A DNA stretch of 64,000 nucleotides from an uncultured Streptococcus sp. (GTDB lineage: Bacteria; Bacillota; Bacilli; Lactobacillales; Streptococcaceae): NCBI RefSeq assembly GCF_963536705.1, contig NZ_CAUTAP010000002.1, positions 40,837 to 104,836 on the forward strand, read 5' to 3'. A model generated the notes under the pieces. It was not told where the DNA came from. It saw only the letters and a list, made by a program, of their open reading frames with translations, and made no database searches. Of this stretch, positions 10,459 to 21,143 are shown piece by piece. How positions within the stretch are numbered: position 1 is the stretch's first letter; each line of letters begins with the position of its first letter. The position numbers and the translations under genes are program-made.

Positions 10459-11459
10459 CAAATAAAATTTATGAATACATTGACGAGAACAATTGGTATA
10501 TCGGAGAATGGACCCGCTTTCGCAAGGCTGGCTATCATTTCAACGACATCCCCTACAGGCTCTTGGAGCATATAGATGCAGAGTTGAGCGAGCTGATTGA
10601 GCGGGATTTGGATGAAGAATACAATGCCTTTACCACAGTTGTGGTCAAATACGGCTCGCCCATGTCCTATATCCAGTTTGTTCTCAATATGATTAACGAC
10701 CGTCAGGAGCGAGAGTTTAAGGCGACCAGTCATAAGGGGGCTATTCTAATTACAGAAAAGGACTTGCTGCGCAAGGTCTTCTTCCTGTCCAAGGATGGGG
10801 TTAAGATGACCGACTTTTTTGGTCAGGGTCAGGAGTCTGAGATGGCTGTCGGAGATACCATCTTGATTGCGACTCGCAACGAAGGAAAGACAGCAGAGTT
10901 TCGCAAACTCTTTGAGAAGCTGGGCTATAAGGTTGAAAATCTCAATGATTATCCTGATTTGCCAGAAGTGCAAGAGACTGGAACCACCTTTGAGGAAAAT
11001 GCGCGGCTCAAGGCAGAGACAATCAGTAAGCTGACCGGTAAAATGGTGCTAGCTGACGACTCAGGTCTGCAGGTTGATGTTTTAGGCGGCTTGCCAGGAG
11101 TCTGGTCGGCTCGCTTCTCTGGAGTAGGCGCGACAGATGATGAAAACAACATCAAGCTCCTGCATGAGTTGGCTATGGTGTTTGATATCAAGGACCGCTC
11201 TGCCCATTTTCATACGACCCTAGTGGTGGCTAGTCCTAACAGGGAGTCTCTGGTAGTTGAAGCGGATTGGCCGGGCTACATAGCCCATGAGCCAAAAGGG
11301 GAAAATGGATTTGGCTATGATCCCTTGTTCTTAGTGGGAGAAACAGGAAAAACGTCTGCCGAGCTGACGATGGAAGAAAAGAATGCGCAATCTCACCGGG
11401 CTCAGGCAGTTAAGAAATTAGTGGAGGTATTTCCAGCATGGCAAAGCAAACTATTATAG
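10455..11459 (+). CDS. rdgB: Non-canonical purine NTP pyrophosphatase (Ham1/RdgB) with an N-terminal extension
   Basis: [21 protein letters not shown] and SHR motifs in the C-terminal ~200 aa. Confidence 0.88.
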   Translation: MTNKIYEYIDENNWYIGEWTRFRKAGYHFNDIPYRLLEHIDAELSELIERDLDEEYNAFTTVVVKYGSPMSYIQFVLNMINDRQEREFKATSHKGAILITEKDLLRKVFFLSKDGVKMTDFFGQGQESEMAVGDTILIATRNEGKTAEFRKLFEKLGYKVENLNDYPDLPEVQETGTTFEENARLKAETISKLTGKMVLADDSGLQVDVLGGLPGVWSARFSGVGATDDENNIKLLHELAMVFDIKDRSAHFHTTLVVASPNRESLVVEADWPGYIAHEPKGENGFGYDPLFLVGETGKTSAELTMEEKNAQSHRAQAVKKLVEVFPAWQSKLL

Positions 11460-11959
11460 TCATGAGTGATTCTCATGGCGACCGTGCTATTGTTGAAGAG
11501 ATTAGGAATCATTATATAGGAAAAGTAGATGCGATTTTCCATAACGGAGACTCTGAGCTTCCTTCTGATGATGAGGTATGGCAAGGGATTCAGGTTGTTG
11601 CAGGGAATATGGACTTTTACGACGGCTATCCAGAACGATTGGTGACAGATTTGGCGGGGACCATTATTGCCCAGACTCACGGGCATCTCTTCCATATCAA
11701 CTTTTCTTTTCAAAAGCTGGATTTGTGGGCGCAAGAGGTTAATGCAGACATCTGCCTTTATGGTCACCTGCATATCCCAGATGCTCGAATGGAGGGCAAA
11801 ACGCTCTTTCTGAATCCGGGCTCCATCAGCCAGCCACGCGGCCTGATCAACGAACGTCTCTACGCTAAGGTAGAGATTGATGATGACCGCTTTAAAGTTG
11901 ATTTCTATACGCGAAATCATGAACTTTATCCAAGCTTGTCCAAGGAGTTTAGCCGATGA
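11438..11959 (+). CDS. YfcE/YsnB-like metallophosphoesterase
   Basis: SDSHG, HNGD, GNMD, GHLH and NPGS motifs. Confidence 0.9.
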   Translation: MAKQTIIVMSDSHGDRAIVEEIRNHYIGKVDAIFHNGDSELPSDDEVWQGIQVVAGNMDFYDGYPERLVTDLAGTIIAQTHGHLFHINFSFQKLDLWAQEVNADICLYGHLHIPDARMEGKTLFLNPGSISQPRGLINERLYAKVEIDDDRFKVDFYTRNHELYPSLSKEFSR

Positions 11960-12417
11960 TTGCTAAGGAATTTGAAGACTATCTGCTGGAACATGAAGAA
12001 ACTTTTTTGACGCCTGGGGAAAATTTGGCGGTTATGATTGACACCCACAATGTGGATCATGCTATCCTACTATTGAGCCAGATGACATACTCACGTGTAC
12101 CAGTCGTGACAGCAGATAAAAAGTTTGTTGGTACGATTTCCCTGACCGACATCATGTCCTATCGCATGCGCCATGATTTGCCAGAAGAGGAATTCATGAT
12201 GACCGATATCGTCCACATGACTAAAATGGACGACTTGACAGTTGGGCCAGATTATACTGTATCAGATGTACTTCATAAGCTGGTCGACGAGTCATTCCTG
12301 CCGGTTGTGGGCGAGGATCAGCATTTTTACGGAATTATTACTAGAAAGTCCATTTTGAAAGCTGTCAATTCTTTGTTGCACGGCTTTAGCAAGAAGTACG
12401 AAATTCGCAAAAAATGA
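11956..12417 (+). CDS. Tandem CBS-domain protein, CbpB/DarB-like (putative c-di-AMP receptor)
   Basis: YSRVPV and GIITRKSIL CBS-pair motifs; conserved operon context. Confidence 0.8.
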   Translation: MIAKEFEDYLLEHEETFLTPGENLAVMIDTHNVDHAILLLSQMTYSRVPVVTADKKFVGTISLTDIMSYRMRHDLPEEEFMMTDIVHMTKMDDLTVGPDYTVSDVLHKLVDESFLPVVGEDQHFYGIITRKSILKAVNSLLHGFSKKYEIRKK

Positions 12418-13145
12418 AAGAATACATTAGACCGTTTTTAAATCAAAAAAACATCTCAGAAAATTCTAAAATTGCCTATTCTTATGATTTGGAGCAGTTT
12501 ATCGAGGAAGTACATGGCCGGATTACCGAGACCAATCTGCGGATTTATCAGGCCTCCATCAAGGATTTTAAGGCAGCTGTTCAGAAGCGGAAACTCTCAG
12601 CAGTCAATCAATTTCTTTACTTCCTTTATCAGCAGCAGCTTATTGAGGAGTTCCACCGCTTGGTCCTGCCCAAGGTTTCCATATCGAAGGAGCAGGAAAA
12701 TGAACTGCTGGATCTGTCTGCTTTTTGGCAGGAATCAAGCGTTCCCAGGGGGCGGCTGATGGCTCTTCTTATCTTGGAAATGGGATTGCTGCCCAGCGAG
12801 ATTTTGCAGGTCAGAGTGGCAGATGTCAATCTTGATTTTCAGGTTTTGAAGATTGAAAAGGCCGGTCAGAAGCGGGTCATCAAGATTCCTGAGAGCCTGA
12901 CGGGTGAGTTAGAAGACTATCTGACAGGGACATATTTATTTGAGAAAAACGGCAAATCCTATTCTCGTCAATGGGGCTTCCGTCAGCTAGAGGCCTTCTT
13001 GATTGAGCAGGGACAAGCCAGTCTATCTGCCCAAAGCCTGCGTGAGCAGTTTATTTTGCGCCAGCGGGAGAAGGGGATTGGCCTCTATGATATTGCCCAA
13101 GACTTGGGCTTGAAAACCATGATTACACTAGAAAAATACAGATAA
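12414..13145 (+). CDS. xerD: Streptococcal XerD-like tyrosine recombinase
   Basis: [19 protein letters not shown]-terminal LEKYR; directly upstream of scpAB. Confidence 0.8.
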   Translation: MKEYIRPFLNQKNISENSKIAYSYDLEQFIEEVHGRITETNLRIYQASIKDFKAAVQKRKLSAVNQFLYFLYQQQLIEEFHRLVLPKVSISKEQENELLDLSAFWQESSVPRGRLMALLILEMGLLPSEILQVRVADVNLDFQVLKIEKAGQKRVIKIPESLTGELEDYLTGTYLFEKNGKSYSRQWGFRQLEAFLIEQGQASLSAQSLREQFILRQREKGIGLYDIAQDLGLKTMITLEKYR

Positions 13146-13147
13146 AA

Positions 13148-13858
13148 ATGGATATCAAACTAAAAGATTTTGAAGGCCCGTTGGACCTGCTGCTCCACCT
13201 TGTATCTAAGTACCAGGTGGATATTTATGATGTTCCCATTACGGAGGTCATCGAGCAGTATCTGGCTTATGTGGCTACTTTGCAGACCATGAAGCTGGAA
13301 GTGACGGGCGAGTACATGGTCATGGCAAGCCAGCTCATGCTGATTAAGAGCCGCAAGCTCCTGCCTAAGGTGGCGGATAATGCTGAGCTGGAAGATGATT
13401 TGGAGCAAGACCTCTTGAGCCAGATCGAGGAATACCGCAGGTTCAAGCTCTTGGGTGAGAAAATGTCGCTCCAGCATGATGACCGGGCGCTTTATTATTC
13501 TAAGCCTAAGCTAGAGCTGGTTTATGAGGATGCTGAGCTCCTGCATGACAAGTCAACGATTGATCTTTTCTTGGCTTTTTCCAAGGTTATAGCCAAGAAG
13601 CAAGAGGAGTTTTCTAAGAGCCATACAACCATTGTGCGAGACGAGTACAAGATTGAGGACATGATGGAAGTGGTGCGTCAGCGTTGTGCTGGTAAGAGCC
13701 GTCTGGCTCTGCAGGAGATTTTTGCAGAGACCAAGGATATGAATGAAATTATCACTCTCTTTCTGGCGACATTGGAATTGGTCAAGGTGCAGGAAGTGCA
13801 AGTCATTCAGGAAGAAAATTTTGGAAATATTTATTTAGTAGGAAGAGGAAATGAGTAA
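13148..13858 (+). CDS. scpA: Segregation and condensation protein A
   Basis: [11 protein letters not shown] and FLATLEL motifs. Confidence 0.95.
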   Translation: MDIKLKDFEGPLDLLLHLVSKYQVDIYDVPITEVIEQYLAYVATLQTMKLEVTGEYMVMASQLMLIKSRKLLPKVADNAELEDDLEQDLLSQIEEYRRFKLLGEKMSLQHDDRALYYSKPKLELVYEDAELLHDKSTIDLFLAFSKVIAKKQEEFSKSHTTIVRDEYKIEDMMEVVRQRCAGKSRLALQEIFAETKDMNEIITLFLATLELVKVQEVQVIQEENFGNIYLVGRGNE

Positions 13859-14420
13859 GTTAGCAGAGATTGAAGCCCTGCTTTTTGTGGCGGGAGAAGA
13901 TGGACTCAAGGTTCATCAATTGGCAGAAATCTTATCTTTGCCGCCGACCGGGGTTATTCAGAGTTTGGAGAAGTTGGCTGAGCAATATGAAGCCAATCCA
14001 GACTCTAGCCTGACCCTGCTGGAAACTTCAAAGACATACAAGCTGGTCACAAAGCCAGAGTTTGCTGAGATTCTTCGGGCCTATTCACGGGCGCCAATCA
14101 ATCAAAGTCTGTCGCGGGCAGCACTGGAGACCTTATCTATCATTGCCTATAAGCAGCCGATTACAAGGGTAGAAATAGATGACATCCGCGGGGTTAATTC
14201 CAGTGGTGCATTGGCCAAGCTCTTAGCTTTTGAACTGGTTCGAGAAGATGGCAAAAAGGAAGTCATTGGTCGGCCAAATCTCTATGTGACAACGGATTAT
14301 TTCTTAGACTATATGGGAATCAATCACCTAGATGAGCTGCCGATTGTCGAAGAAACAGAGCTAGTTGCTGAAGAAAGCCAGCTCTTTATTGAAAGGACAG
14401 ATATCGATGAGAATCAATAA
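13851..14420 (+). CDS. scpB: Segregation and condensation protein B
   Basis: [21 protein letters not shown] and IRGV motifs. Confidence 0.95.
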   Translation: MSKLAEIEALLFVAGEDGLKVHQLAEILSLPPTGVIQSLEKLAEQYEANPDSSLTLLETSKTYKLVTKPEFAEILRAYSRAPINQSLSRAALETLSIIAYKQPITRVEIDDIRGVNSSGALAKLLAFELVREDGKKEVIGRPNLYVTTDYFLDYMGINHLDELPIVEETELVAEESQLFIERTDIDENQ

Positions 14421-15135
14421 ATACATCGCTCATGCTGGGATAGCCAGTCGTCGTAAGGCAGAAGAGCTAATCAGGCAGGGGAAGGTCAGTATAAATGGCC
14501 AAGTGGTACGAGAACTGGCGACAAACGTCAAGTCTGGCGATCGTGTGGAAATAGAAGGCCAACCTATCTACAATGAAGAGAAGGTTTATTACCTCCTCAA
14601 TAAGCCGCGCGGGGTCATTTCCTCTGTCAGTGATGACAAGGGACGTAAGACGGTCGTGGAGCTCTTGCCTCAGGTCAAGGAGCGAATTTATCCGGTCGGT
14701 CGTTTGGACTGGGATACTTCTGGTATTCTCATTCTGACCAATGACGGAGATTTTACCGACGAGATGATTCATCCCCGCAATGAGATTGACAAGGTCTATG
14801 TGGCCCGTGTCAAAGGATTGGCCAATAAAGAAGTTCTTCGTCCTCTGACTCGCGGTATTGAGATAGAGGGGCGCAAAACCAAGCCAGCGGTTTATGAGAT
14901 TATCAAGGTTGATCCGGCGAAAAATCGCTCGGTCGTTCAGCTGACAATCCACGAAGGCCGTAACCATCAGGTCAAGAAGATGTTTCAGGCGGTCGGATTG
15001 CAAGTGGATAAGCTTTCACGGACTCGATTTGGTCATTTGGACTTAACTGGCCTCAAGCCTGGTGAGTATCGTAAGCTCAATAAAAAAGAAGTCAGCCAGC
15101 TGCATACACTGGCTGTAACCAAGACCAAGAAATGA
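14407..15135 (+). CDS. rluB: rRNA pseudouridine synthase RluB
   Basis: S4 domain RINKYIA..ASRR, GRLD catalytic motif, EGRNHQVK. Confidence 0.9.
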   Translation: MRINKYIAHAGIASRRKAEELIRQGKVSINGQVVRELATNVKSGDRVEIEGQPIYNEEKVYYLLNKPRGVISSVSDDKGRKTVVELLPQVKERIYPVGRLDWDTSGILILTNDGDFTDEMIHPRNEIDKVYVARVKGLANKEVLRPLTRGIEIEGRKTKPAVYEIIKVDPAKNRSVVQLTIHEGRNHQVKKMFQAVGLQVDKLSRTRFGHLDLTGLKPGEYRKLNKKEVSQLHTLAVTKTKK

Positions 15136-15386
15136 TAAAGAAACTGCTTATTGCTCCTGTCCGCTTTTATCAACGCTTCATATCGCCTGCTTTCCCTCCA
15201 TCTTGCCGCTTTCGGCCCACCTGCTCTAACTATATGATAGAGGCTATCCAGAAGCATGGTGCTAAAGGAGTTTTAATGGGCTTGGCGCGCATTCTCCGCT
15301 GTCATCCCTGGTCTCAGCCAGGAGAGGATTCTGTACCAGACCATTTCAGCCTGAGAAGAAATAATTCAAGAAAAAAGTCACACTAG
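15132..15386 (+). CDS. yidD: Membrane protein insertion efficiency factor YidD
   Basis: CRFRPTCS and RILRCHP motifs. Confidence 0.93.
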   Translation: MIKKLLIAPVRFYQRFISPAFPPSCRFRPTCSNYMIEAIQKHGAKGVLMGLARILRCHPWSQPGEDSVPDHFSLRRNNSRKKSH

Positions 15387-15436
15387 ATAAGTATCTAGTG
15401 TGACTTTTATATATATCTATATTCTCCGAATATTTC

Positions 15437-16876
15437 CTATCTTCTAGACCAAGTCTTAGGCAGGAAGAGCAGGAGAATCGGGTAGATTTCCAAACGACCG
15501 CCAATCATAGCAAAGGCTAGCAGCAGTTTGGAAAAAGGACTAAAGATAGAAAAAGTATCTGTCGTCCCAATCATGGGGCCGATATTGTTGAAGCAAGAGA
15601 GAACCCCGCTGACAACCGTCATGAAATTATCATTATCCAAGCTGACAATGAAAATGAGAGCTAGAACAATCAAGATATAAACAGCTAAGTATTTCAGTAC
15701 CTTGTGCTGGGTATCCTTGTCAATGACCGCACCATTGACATGCAAGGTCAGGACGCGATTAGGTGATAAGGTAGATAGAATCTGATTTTTAGCAATACGG
15801 GAAATGATAATCCCCCGAATGACCTTAAATCCCCCAGCTGTTGATCCAGCTGAGCCCCCGATACACATGAGCAAGAGCAGGATAACCTGAGAAAAGAGCG
15901 GCCATTTGACTGTATCGCCATAGCCAAATCCAGTTGTTGTGATGACATTGGCTACCTGGAAGAAGGAAATCTCCACGCTCTTGGCAAAGCCTTGATAGAG
16001 GTGGAAGACATTAAAGGCAATCAAGGCTGTGGAAAGAAATACAATCCAGAGATAGCCCTTGAGCTCCTCATCTTCAAAGCAAGTTTTAAACTTACGAATC
16101 AGCAAGTAATAGTAGAGATTGAAGTTGACCCCGAAAGCTAAAACTCCAAAGCTGACTAGATAAGTAATCAGCGAGCTGTTATAGTGGGCGATACCGTCAT
16201 TATAAACGGTGAATCCTCCTGTGCCAGCAGTTCCCATGGCAATGACGAGACTGTCAAAGAGCGGCATGCCCGCTAGGAAATAAAGCAGAGCAAAGATAGC
16301 AAAGAGAGCCAGATAGATGATGTAAAGAATCTGAGCCGTACTCCTGAGCTTGGACACGACCTTGCCAAAGACTGGTCCAGGTACCTCTGCTTTCATAACC
16401 TCCAAGTGGCCATTTTTAGCATTGTCCATAATAGCTAAGGCAAAGACCAGCACTCCCATCCCTCCGATTAAGTGAGTAAAGCTGCGCCAGAAGAGCAGAG
16501 AATGGGAGAGAACGCCGACATCGTTAAGGATAGTCGCTCCCGTGGTGGTGAAGCCGGAGCTGATCTCAAAGAAAGCATCAATAACGTCTGGAATCTGCCC
16601 GGAAAAAACAAAGGGCAGAGCTCCGAAGAAGGACCAGAGAATCCAGCACAGGGCTACAATCAGGACACCTTCCTTGGCGTAGATATGTAGGTCCTTGGGC
16701 TTGAAATAAGAGCCTATGCCACCTAAAACTAGCAGGATGGCCATGGTTGCCCCGATAGAGAGAAAGACCTTTAAAGGCTCACCGTAGATTAGAGCTACGA
16801 TAATGGGCACAATCAGCAGTGCCGCCTCAATCAGCAGTAATTTTGCCAGCAGGTAGCGAATCATAGATCTATTCAT
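15437..16876 (-). CDS. trkH: Trk potassium uptake membrane subunit
   Basis: SGFTTTG, TGGF, TTTGF and GSTAGG pore motifs. Confidence 0.93.
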   Translation of the reverse strand: MNRSMIRYLLAKLLLIEAALLIVPIIVALIYGEPLKVFLSIGATMAILLVLGGIGSYFKPKDLHIYAKEGVLIVALCWILWSFFGALPFVFSGQIPDVIDAFFEISSGFTTTGATILNDVGVLSHSLLFWRSFTHLIGGMGVLVFALAIMDNAKNGHLEVMKAEVPGPVFGKVVSKLRSTAQILYIIYLALFAIFALLYFLAGMPLFDSLVIAMGTAGTGGFTVYNDGIAHYNSSLITYLVSFGVLAFGVNFNLYYYLLIRKFKTCFEDEELKGYLWIVFLSTALIAFNVFHLYQGFAKSVEISFFQVANVITTTGFGYGDTVKWPLFSQVILLLLMCIGGSAGSTAGGFKVIRGIIISRIAKNQILSTLSPNRVLTLHVNGAVIDKDTQHKVLKYLAVYILIVLALIFIVSLDNDNFMTVVSGVLSCFNNIGPMIGTTDTFSIFSPFSKLLLAFAMIGGRLEIYPILLLFLPKTWSRR

Positions 16877-16880
16877 GGGC

Positions 16881-18230
16881 CTACCTCGCTAACAGATCGT
16901 AAATCTGCGTGATATTTTGCAGCAGAGTGGTAACGATAATCTTATCTCCAACTTGCAGGTCGTCATCACCGGTAGGGAAGATGGCTTTGCCTTGACGGAT
17001 AATGGCCGCAATCAGGACATCTTTCTTCAGATGAAGCTGAGACAGAGGAATACCAGTCATCTTGTTTTCTTCCTTGATTTGGAATTGCAGGGTTTCAATT
17101 TGGCCATTGGCTACATGGTGCAGAGCTTCTAGGTTAGAGAATTGAGCATTGTAGCGACCACGGATAAAGTGCATAATGGTATCAACAGCGATACCTTTAG
17201 GTGTCACGATGCTGGCAAAATCTTGGTTATCAATGATTTCCAACAAACTGGTCCGGTTAATCTTGGTGATGTTTTTCTGTACACCTAGATTATTAAGGAA
17301 CATAGAAGTGATGATATTTTCTTCATCTACACCAGTCAGGGTAGCGATGGCATCAAAGTTATTAGCGCGTTCCTCCAGCAGGATGTCCTTGGCAGTACCA
17401 TCACCATGGACGACATAGAGATCAGGAAATTCCTGACTGAAAAAGTTTGCCCGCTCGCGGTTGGATTCAATGATTTTGAGCTCAATTTTACTGTTTTTGA
17501 GAATATTGAGCAGGTAATAGGCAATCTTGCCTGCCCCGATAATCATCAGGCTCTTAACCACTCTAGGGCGTACCATATTGTGGAATTGAACGATGTCTAG
17601 GCGGTTACCTGTTACATAGAACTTGTCCCCGGCCTCCAAAGTGAAGTCACCATCAGGAATTTCCAAGTGCCCTTTTCTCTCAATAGCACAGACAATGATA
17701 TTTCCAAATTTCTTACGGAACTGGGAAATATTCATCTGGCAGAGATTGCTGTCTTCCTTGAGTTTGAACTCCATCAGTGCCACCCGGCCATTGGCAAAGT
17801 GCTCTACTGACAGGGCATTAGGAAAGTCAATGATGTTAGCAATATAGCGAGCAGTTAGGAGCTCAGGATTGACCACTAGCGAGAAGCCCAGGATGTTCTT
17901 CTCCTTAAAGTAAGGGTTGGAATACTCAGGATTGCGCACTCGGACGATAGTTTCCTTAGCCCCCATCCGCTTGGCTAGGACCGCTGAAACCATGTTGACC
18001 TCATCATGCTCGGTCATAGAGATGAAAATGTCACAGTGCCCAACATCTGCCTGTTCTAGGATTTTGAAGTTGGCTCCATTGCCAGAAATACCGATAATAT
18101 CATAGCGCTTGGTAATCTGGTTGAGAACAGCCTCATCCTGCTCAATTAGGATAACATCATGTTTTTCAGCCACTAAGGAGCGACAGAGGGCCGTTCCGAC
18201 CTTCCCGCCGCCAACAACGATAATTTTCAT
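16881..18230 (-). CDS. trkA: Trk potassium uptake NAD-binding subunit (two RCK modules)
   Basis: GGGKVG and GAGKIA Rossmann motifs. Confidence 0.93.
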   Translation of the reverse strand: MKIIVVGGGKVGTALCRSLVAEKHDVILIEQDEAVLNQITKRYDIIGISGNGANFKILEQADVGHCDIFISMTEHDEVNMVSAVLAKRMGAKETIVRVRNPEYSNPYFKEKNILGFSLVVNPELLTARYIANIIDFPNALSVEHFANGRVALMEFKLKEDSNLCQMNISQFRKKFGNIIVCAIERKGHLEIPDGDFTLEAGDKFYVTGNRLDIVQFHNMVRPRVVKSLMIIGAGKIAYYLLNILKNSKIELKIIESNRERANFFSQEFPDLYVVHGDGTAKDILLEERANNFDAIATLTGVDEENIITSMFLNNLGVQKNITKINRTSLLEIIDNQDFASIVTPKGIAVDTIMHFIRGRYNAQFSNLEALHHVANGQIETLQFQIKEENKMTGIPLSQLHLKKDVLIAAIIRQGKAIFPTGDDDLQVGDKIIVTTLLQNITQIYDLLAR

Positions 18231-18400
18231 AAGTTTAGATTCCTCCAAAGTATGTATCTATCATACTCTTTTTTCATTTAAATTTCATCTATATAATACA
18301 GAATAGTCTAGTTATTTATAGAATTCCGAATATTTTTTTACAAAAATGGTGTCTTCCTATGAAAATTTAAAAAAAACTAGAATTTTTTGAGCCGTTTTTA

Positions 18401-18428
18401 TTGACTTGTAGGCTGAAAGTGTTATACT
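18401..18428 (+). promoter_or_regulatory. Sigma-70 promoter upstream of the putative sRNA and trmL
   Basis: TTGACT-N16-TATACT with an extended TG. Confidence 0.7.
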
Positions 18429-18434
18429 AAATGA

Positions 18435-18537
18435 GTACCTTCATTGGTTTACCTCAAACCTGTTGTGATGTAAGTTAATGAAGCCTTAACCACGCTGTTT
18501 GCTGAGCTTGACTCCGGGCAGTGTGGCTATTTTTTTA
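18435..18537 (+). ncRNA. Putative ~100-nt small RNA or leader upstream of trmL
   Basis: Strong promoter, then a long stem (accacgctgtttg...cgggcagtgtggc) ending in a T7 run before the trmL start; Rfam family not verified. Confidence 0.55.
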
Positions 18538-18571
18538 TCTAAAGAAAAATACTAGGAAAAATATTCTTATT

Positions 18572-19075
18572 ATGAAAAATCATATTGTTCTTTTTGAGCC
18601 TCAGATTCCGCAGAATACCGGCAATATTGCCCGTACTTGCGCCGCGACTAATTCACCGCTTCACATCATCAAGCCCATGGGTTTTCCCATTGATGATCGC
18701 AAGATGAAGCGGGCTGGGCTGGACTATTGGGATAAGCTGGACATCACCTATTATGAGAGTTTAGACGATTTTATGGAGCAGATGGATGGCCGTCTTTATC
18801 TGATTTCTAAGTTTGCAGAGAAGGTCTATTCTGAGGAAAATTTTGCAGCAGAAGGTTCGCACTATTTTATGTTTGGTCGTGAGGACAAGGGATTGCCAGA
18901 GGAATTTATGCGTCGTCATCCAGAGAAGGCACTGCGTATTCCCATGAATGATCAGCATGTTCGCAGCCTCAATGTTTCAAACACAGTCTGTATGATTGTT
19001 TATGAAGCCCTGCGCCAGCAGAATTTTGCTGGCTTAGATTTGGTACACGAGTATGAAGCGGACAAGCTGAAGTAG
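18572..19075 (+). CDS. trmL: tRNA (cytidine/uridine-34 2'-O)-methyltransferase
   Basis: [29 protein letters not shown] and RSLNVSN motifs. Confidence 0.93.
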   Translation: MKNHIVLFEPQIPQNTGNIARTCAATNSPLHIIKPMGFPIDDRKMKRAGLDYWDKLDITYYESLDDFMEQMDGRLYLISKFAEKVYSEENFAAEGSHYFMFGREDKGLPEEFMRRHPEKALRIPMNDQHVRSLNVSNTVCMIVYEALRQQNFAGLDLVHEYEADKLK

Positions 19076-19194
19076 CGGAATGAATGTATCTAAGCAGTTA
19101 ATTTTCCTGATTGATAGAACACTAATGTTGAAACATTTTTGATTACATCAATCAAATTGCTTGCTCTGGCAGGCTTTTTTTGTTATGATAATGA

Positions 19195-19340
19195 TGTCTT
19201 CAGGGCAGGGTGAGATTCCCGACCGGCGGTAATTTTTAGCTGGAAAATGTTTTTTTCTCAATGCTAAATCAAGTCCGCGAGCGCAAGCTGATGTGGTGAG
19301 ATTCCACAACCGACAGTATAGTCTGGATGGGAGAAGACGA
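19195..19340 (+). ncRNA. FMN riboswitch (RFN element)
   Basis: tcttcagggcagggtgagattcccgaccggcggt...ccgacagtatagtctggatgggagaag consensus blocks; upstream of ribU. Confidence 0.96.
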
Positions 19341-19473
19341 GAGGCAGTGAAGCATTCTTGCCGTTTAATCTTTATTTAAGGGCTGAGCCTTATACTAAAT
19401 AATCATTAGCTGACAAGCTTTTTTCAGTGGCCTTTCCGGCTTCTCTAATTTTTATAAATTGGAGGAACCTGTG

Positions 19474-20031
19474 ATGACAAATACTCGTAAGTTGGCGATT
19501 GTAGCAGTTTTATCTGCACTATCATTTCTACTCATGCTTTATGAGATTCCCTTGATAACCGAATTTCTAAAGTTGGATTTTTCAATTATTCCGATTTTAC
19601 TGGCTTTGGTGGTCTTGGATTTAAAAAGCTCTCTGGCAGTGCTCTTTATTCGCTCTGTCTTAAAGCTGGCTTTGAATAATCATGGCGTAGACACTCTTAT
19701 CGGTCTCCCCATGAATATGCTGGCGGTAGCTGTCTTTGTCTGTGCTTTTTCCCTCTTATGGAAAAAAAGAAAGAGCTTATCTAGCTATGTGAAGGCTTCC
19801 TTGGCAGCAACGCTTGGTCTTACGATCACTATGATTGTTCTAAATTTTATCTACGCAGTGCCTCTCTATGCGAGGTTTGCTGGTTTTGATATCAATAAAG
19901 TATTTGGTCTTTCCAAGTATCTGCTGACCATGATTGTCCCCTTTAACCTATTAGAAGGAGTAATCTGGGCTCTCGTCTTTTGGCTAATTTACACGCTCTT
20001 GCAGCCCGTCCTAAAACGCTATGAAAAATAA
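19474..20031 (+). CDS. ribU: Riboflavin ECF transporter S component
   Basis: FLKLDFS, IGLPMN and PFNLL motifs; downstream of an FMN riboswitch. Confidence 0.92.
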   Translation: MTNTRKLAIVAVLSALSFLLMLYEIPLITEFLKLDFSIIPILLALVVLDLKSSLAVLFIRSVLKLALNNHGVDTLIGLPMNMLAVAVFVCAFSLLWKKRKSLSSYVKASLAATLGLTITMIVLNFIYAVPLYARFAGFDINKVFGLSKYLLTMIVPFNLLEGVIWALVFWLIYTLLQPVLKRYEK

Positions 20032-20671
20032 ACAATCTTATCTAACAAAGGGCTCTTTTGCCCTTTTACTTTTCGTCATATTAGGCTATATGGTCAAATT
20101 TTATCCTGACCAGCTGACCCACTTTGACACCCCGATTCAGACCTGGCTGCGGGGAGATTTGCCTGCAGCTGTGACGACATTTTTCAAACTAGTGACCAGT
20201 GCGATTGATCCGATGGGGATTATCATCTGGGTTTCAGCTCTTGTCCTGTTTTTCCTGTATAAAAAATGGAAGCTAGAAGCTGCCTTGCTAGCTGGAAATT
20301 TGGTCTTGCATGGGATTTTGATTAAGCTGATTAAACTCGTTTACCACAGAAGTCGCCCTAGTATCCTGCATTTGGTCGAAGAGGGCGGTTACTCTTTCCC
20401 GAGTGGACATTCCATGGCGACAGCCCTTGTTGTAGGAAGCTTGATTATTATCGTCCAGCAACGGATTCAAAACCAAAAAATAAAGCGCTTGGTACAAGGC
20501 CTGCTCCTGGTCTATATCTTCACTGTTATGGCCTCCAGAGTATATCTGGGCGTGCACTATCCGACAGATGTTATCGGAGGAGCCTTGATGGGCTTTTCCA
20601 TTCTCAATATCGAATTTCCCTTTTATGATAAGCTGCGTTTTCAGTGGCGTTTCAAGGGAAAGCAGAAATAA
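20021..20671 (+). CDS. PAP2-family membrane phosphatase
   Basis: K..RSRP, SFPSGHS and SRVYLGVHYPTD motifs. Confidence 0.92.
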   Translation: MKNKQSYLTKGSFALLLFVILGYMVKFYPDQLTHFDTPIQTWLRGDLPAAVTTFFKLVTSAIDPMGIIIWVSALVLFFLYKKWKLEAALLAGNLVLHGILIKLIKLVYHRSRPSILHLVEEGGYSFPSGHSMATALVVGSLIIIVQQRIQNQKIKRLVQGLLLVYIFTVMASRVYLGVHYPTDVIGGALMGFSILNIEFPFYDKLRFQWRFKGKQK

Positions 20672-20766
20672 ATATAGATGAGAAAGGTTGGTTTTGCTGG
20701 CCTTTTTGTCTTGACAAAGAAAATCTCTTTCTTTAAGATAGGAGCAAACAAGATTTGGAGGTCAGA

Positions 20767-21075
20767 ATGTCCAATTTGAATCAAGAAATCATACAGTCAG
20801 TTTTAGCTCTTGTTGATAGTATTCCCTCTGGGAGCGTGGCGACTTATGGCCAGATTGCCCGTTTGATTGGGCGGCCTAAAAACGCCCGCTTGGTTGGAAA
20901 GATTCTCAGTCAGTCGGAACTTTATGGCGGTATACATCCTTGCCATCGGGTAGTCAATGCAGCAGGGCGCCTCACACCTGGCTGGGAAGACCAGAGACAC
21001 TTGCTCTGGGCGGAGGGAGTGGACTTGAAGGCTAATGGCTGTGTGGACCTCAAGCGTTATCAGTGGGAGCGATGA
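20767..21075 (+). CDS. MGMT-family alkylated-DNA binding/repair protein
   Basis: TYGQIA, ARLVG and PCHRVV motifs. Confidence 0.88.
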   Translation: MSNLNQEIIQSVLALVDSIPSGSVATYGQIARLIGRPKNARLVGKILSQSELYGGIHPCHRVVNAAGRLTPGWEDQRHLLWAEGVDLKANGCVDLKRYQWER

Positions 21076-21143
21076 TTTCCTTCTTTCCTTGTGAAAGAGG
21101 GAATGTTTGTTTCTATACACTTTTTTGTGGTAGAATGAAAGGT

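Noticed and set aside
12414..13145. The XerD-like gene as a prophage or cassette-array integrase
   Set aside because: It is embedded in the conserved murI-scpAB core operon, about 12 kb from the array, with no mobile-element context
18431..18478. 15-codon ORF MSTFIGLPQTCCDVS in the trmL leader
   Set aside because: The ATG lies only 2 nt after the -10 box, before the expected start site, and has no SD
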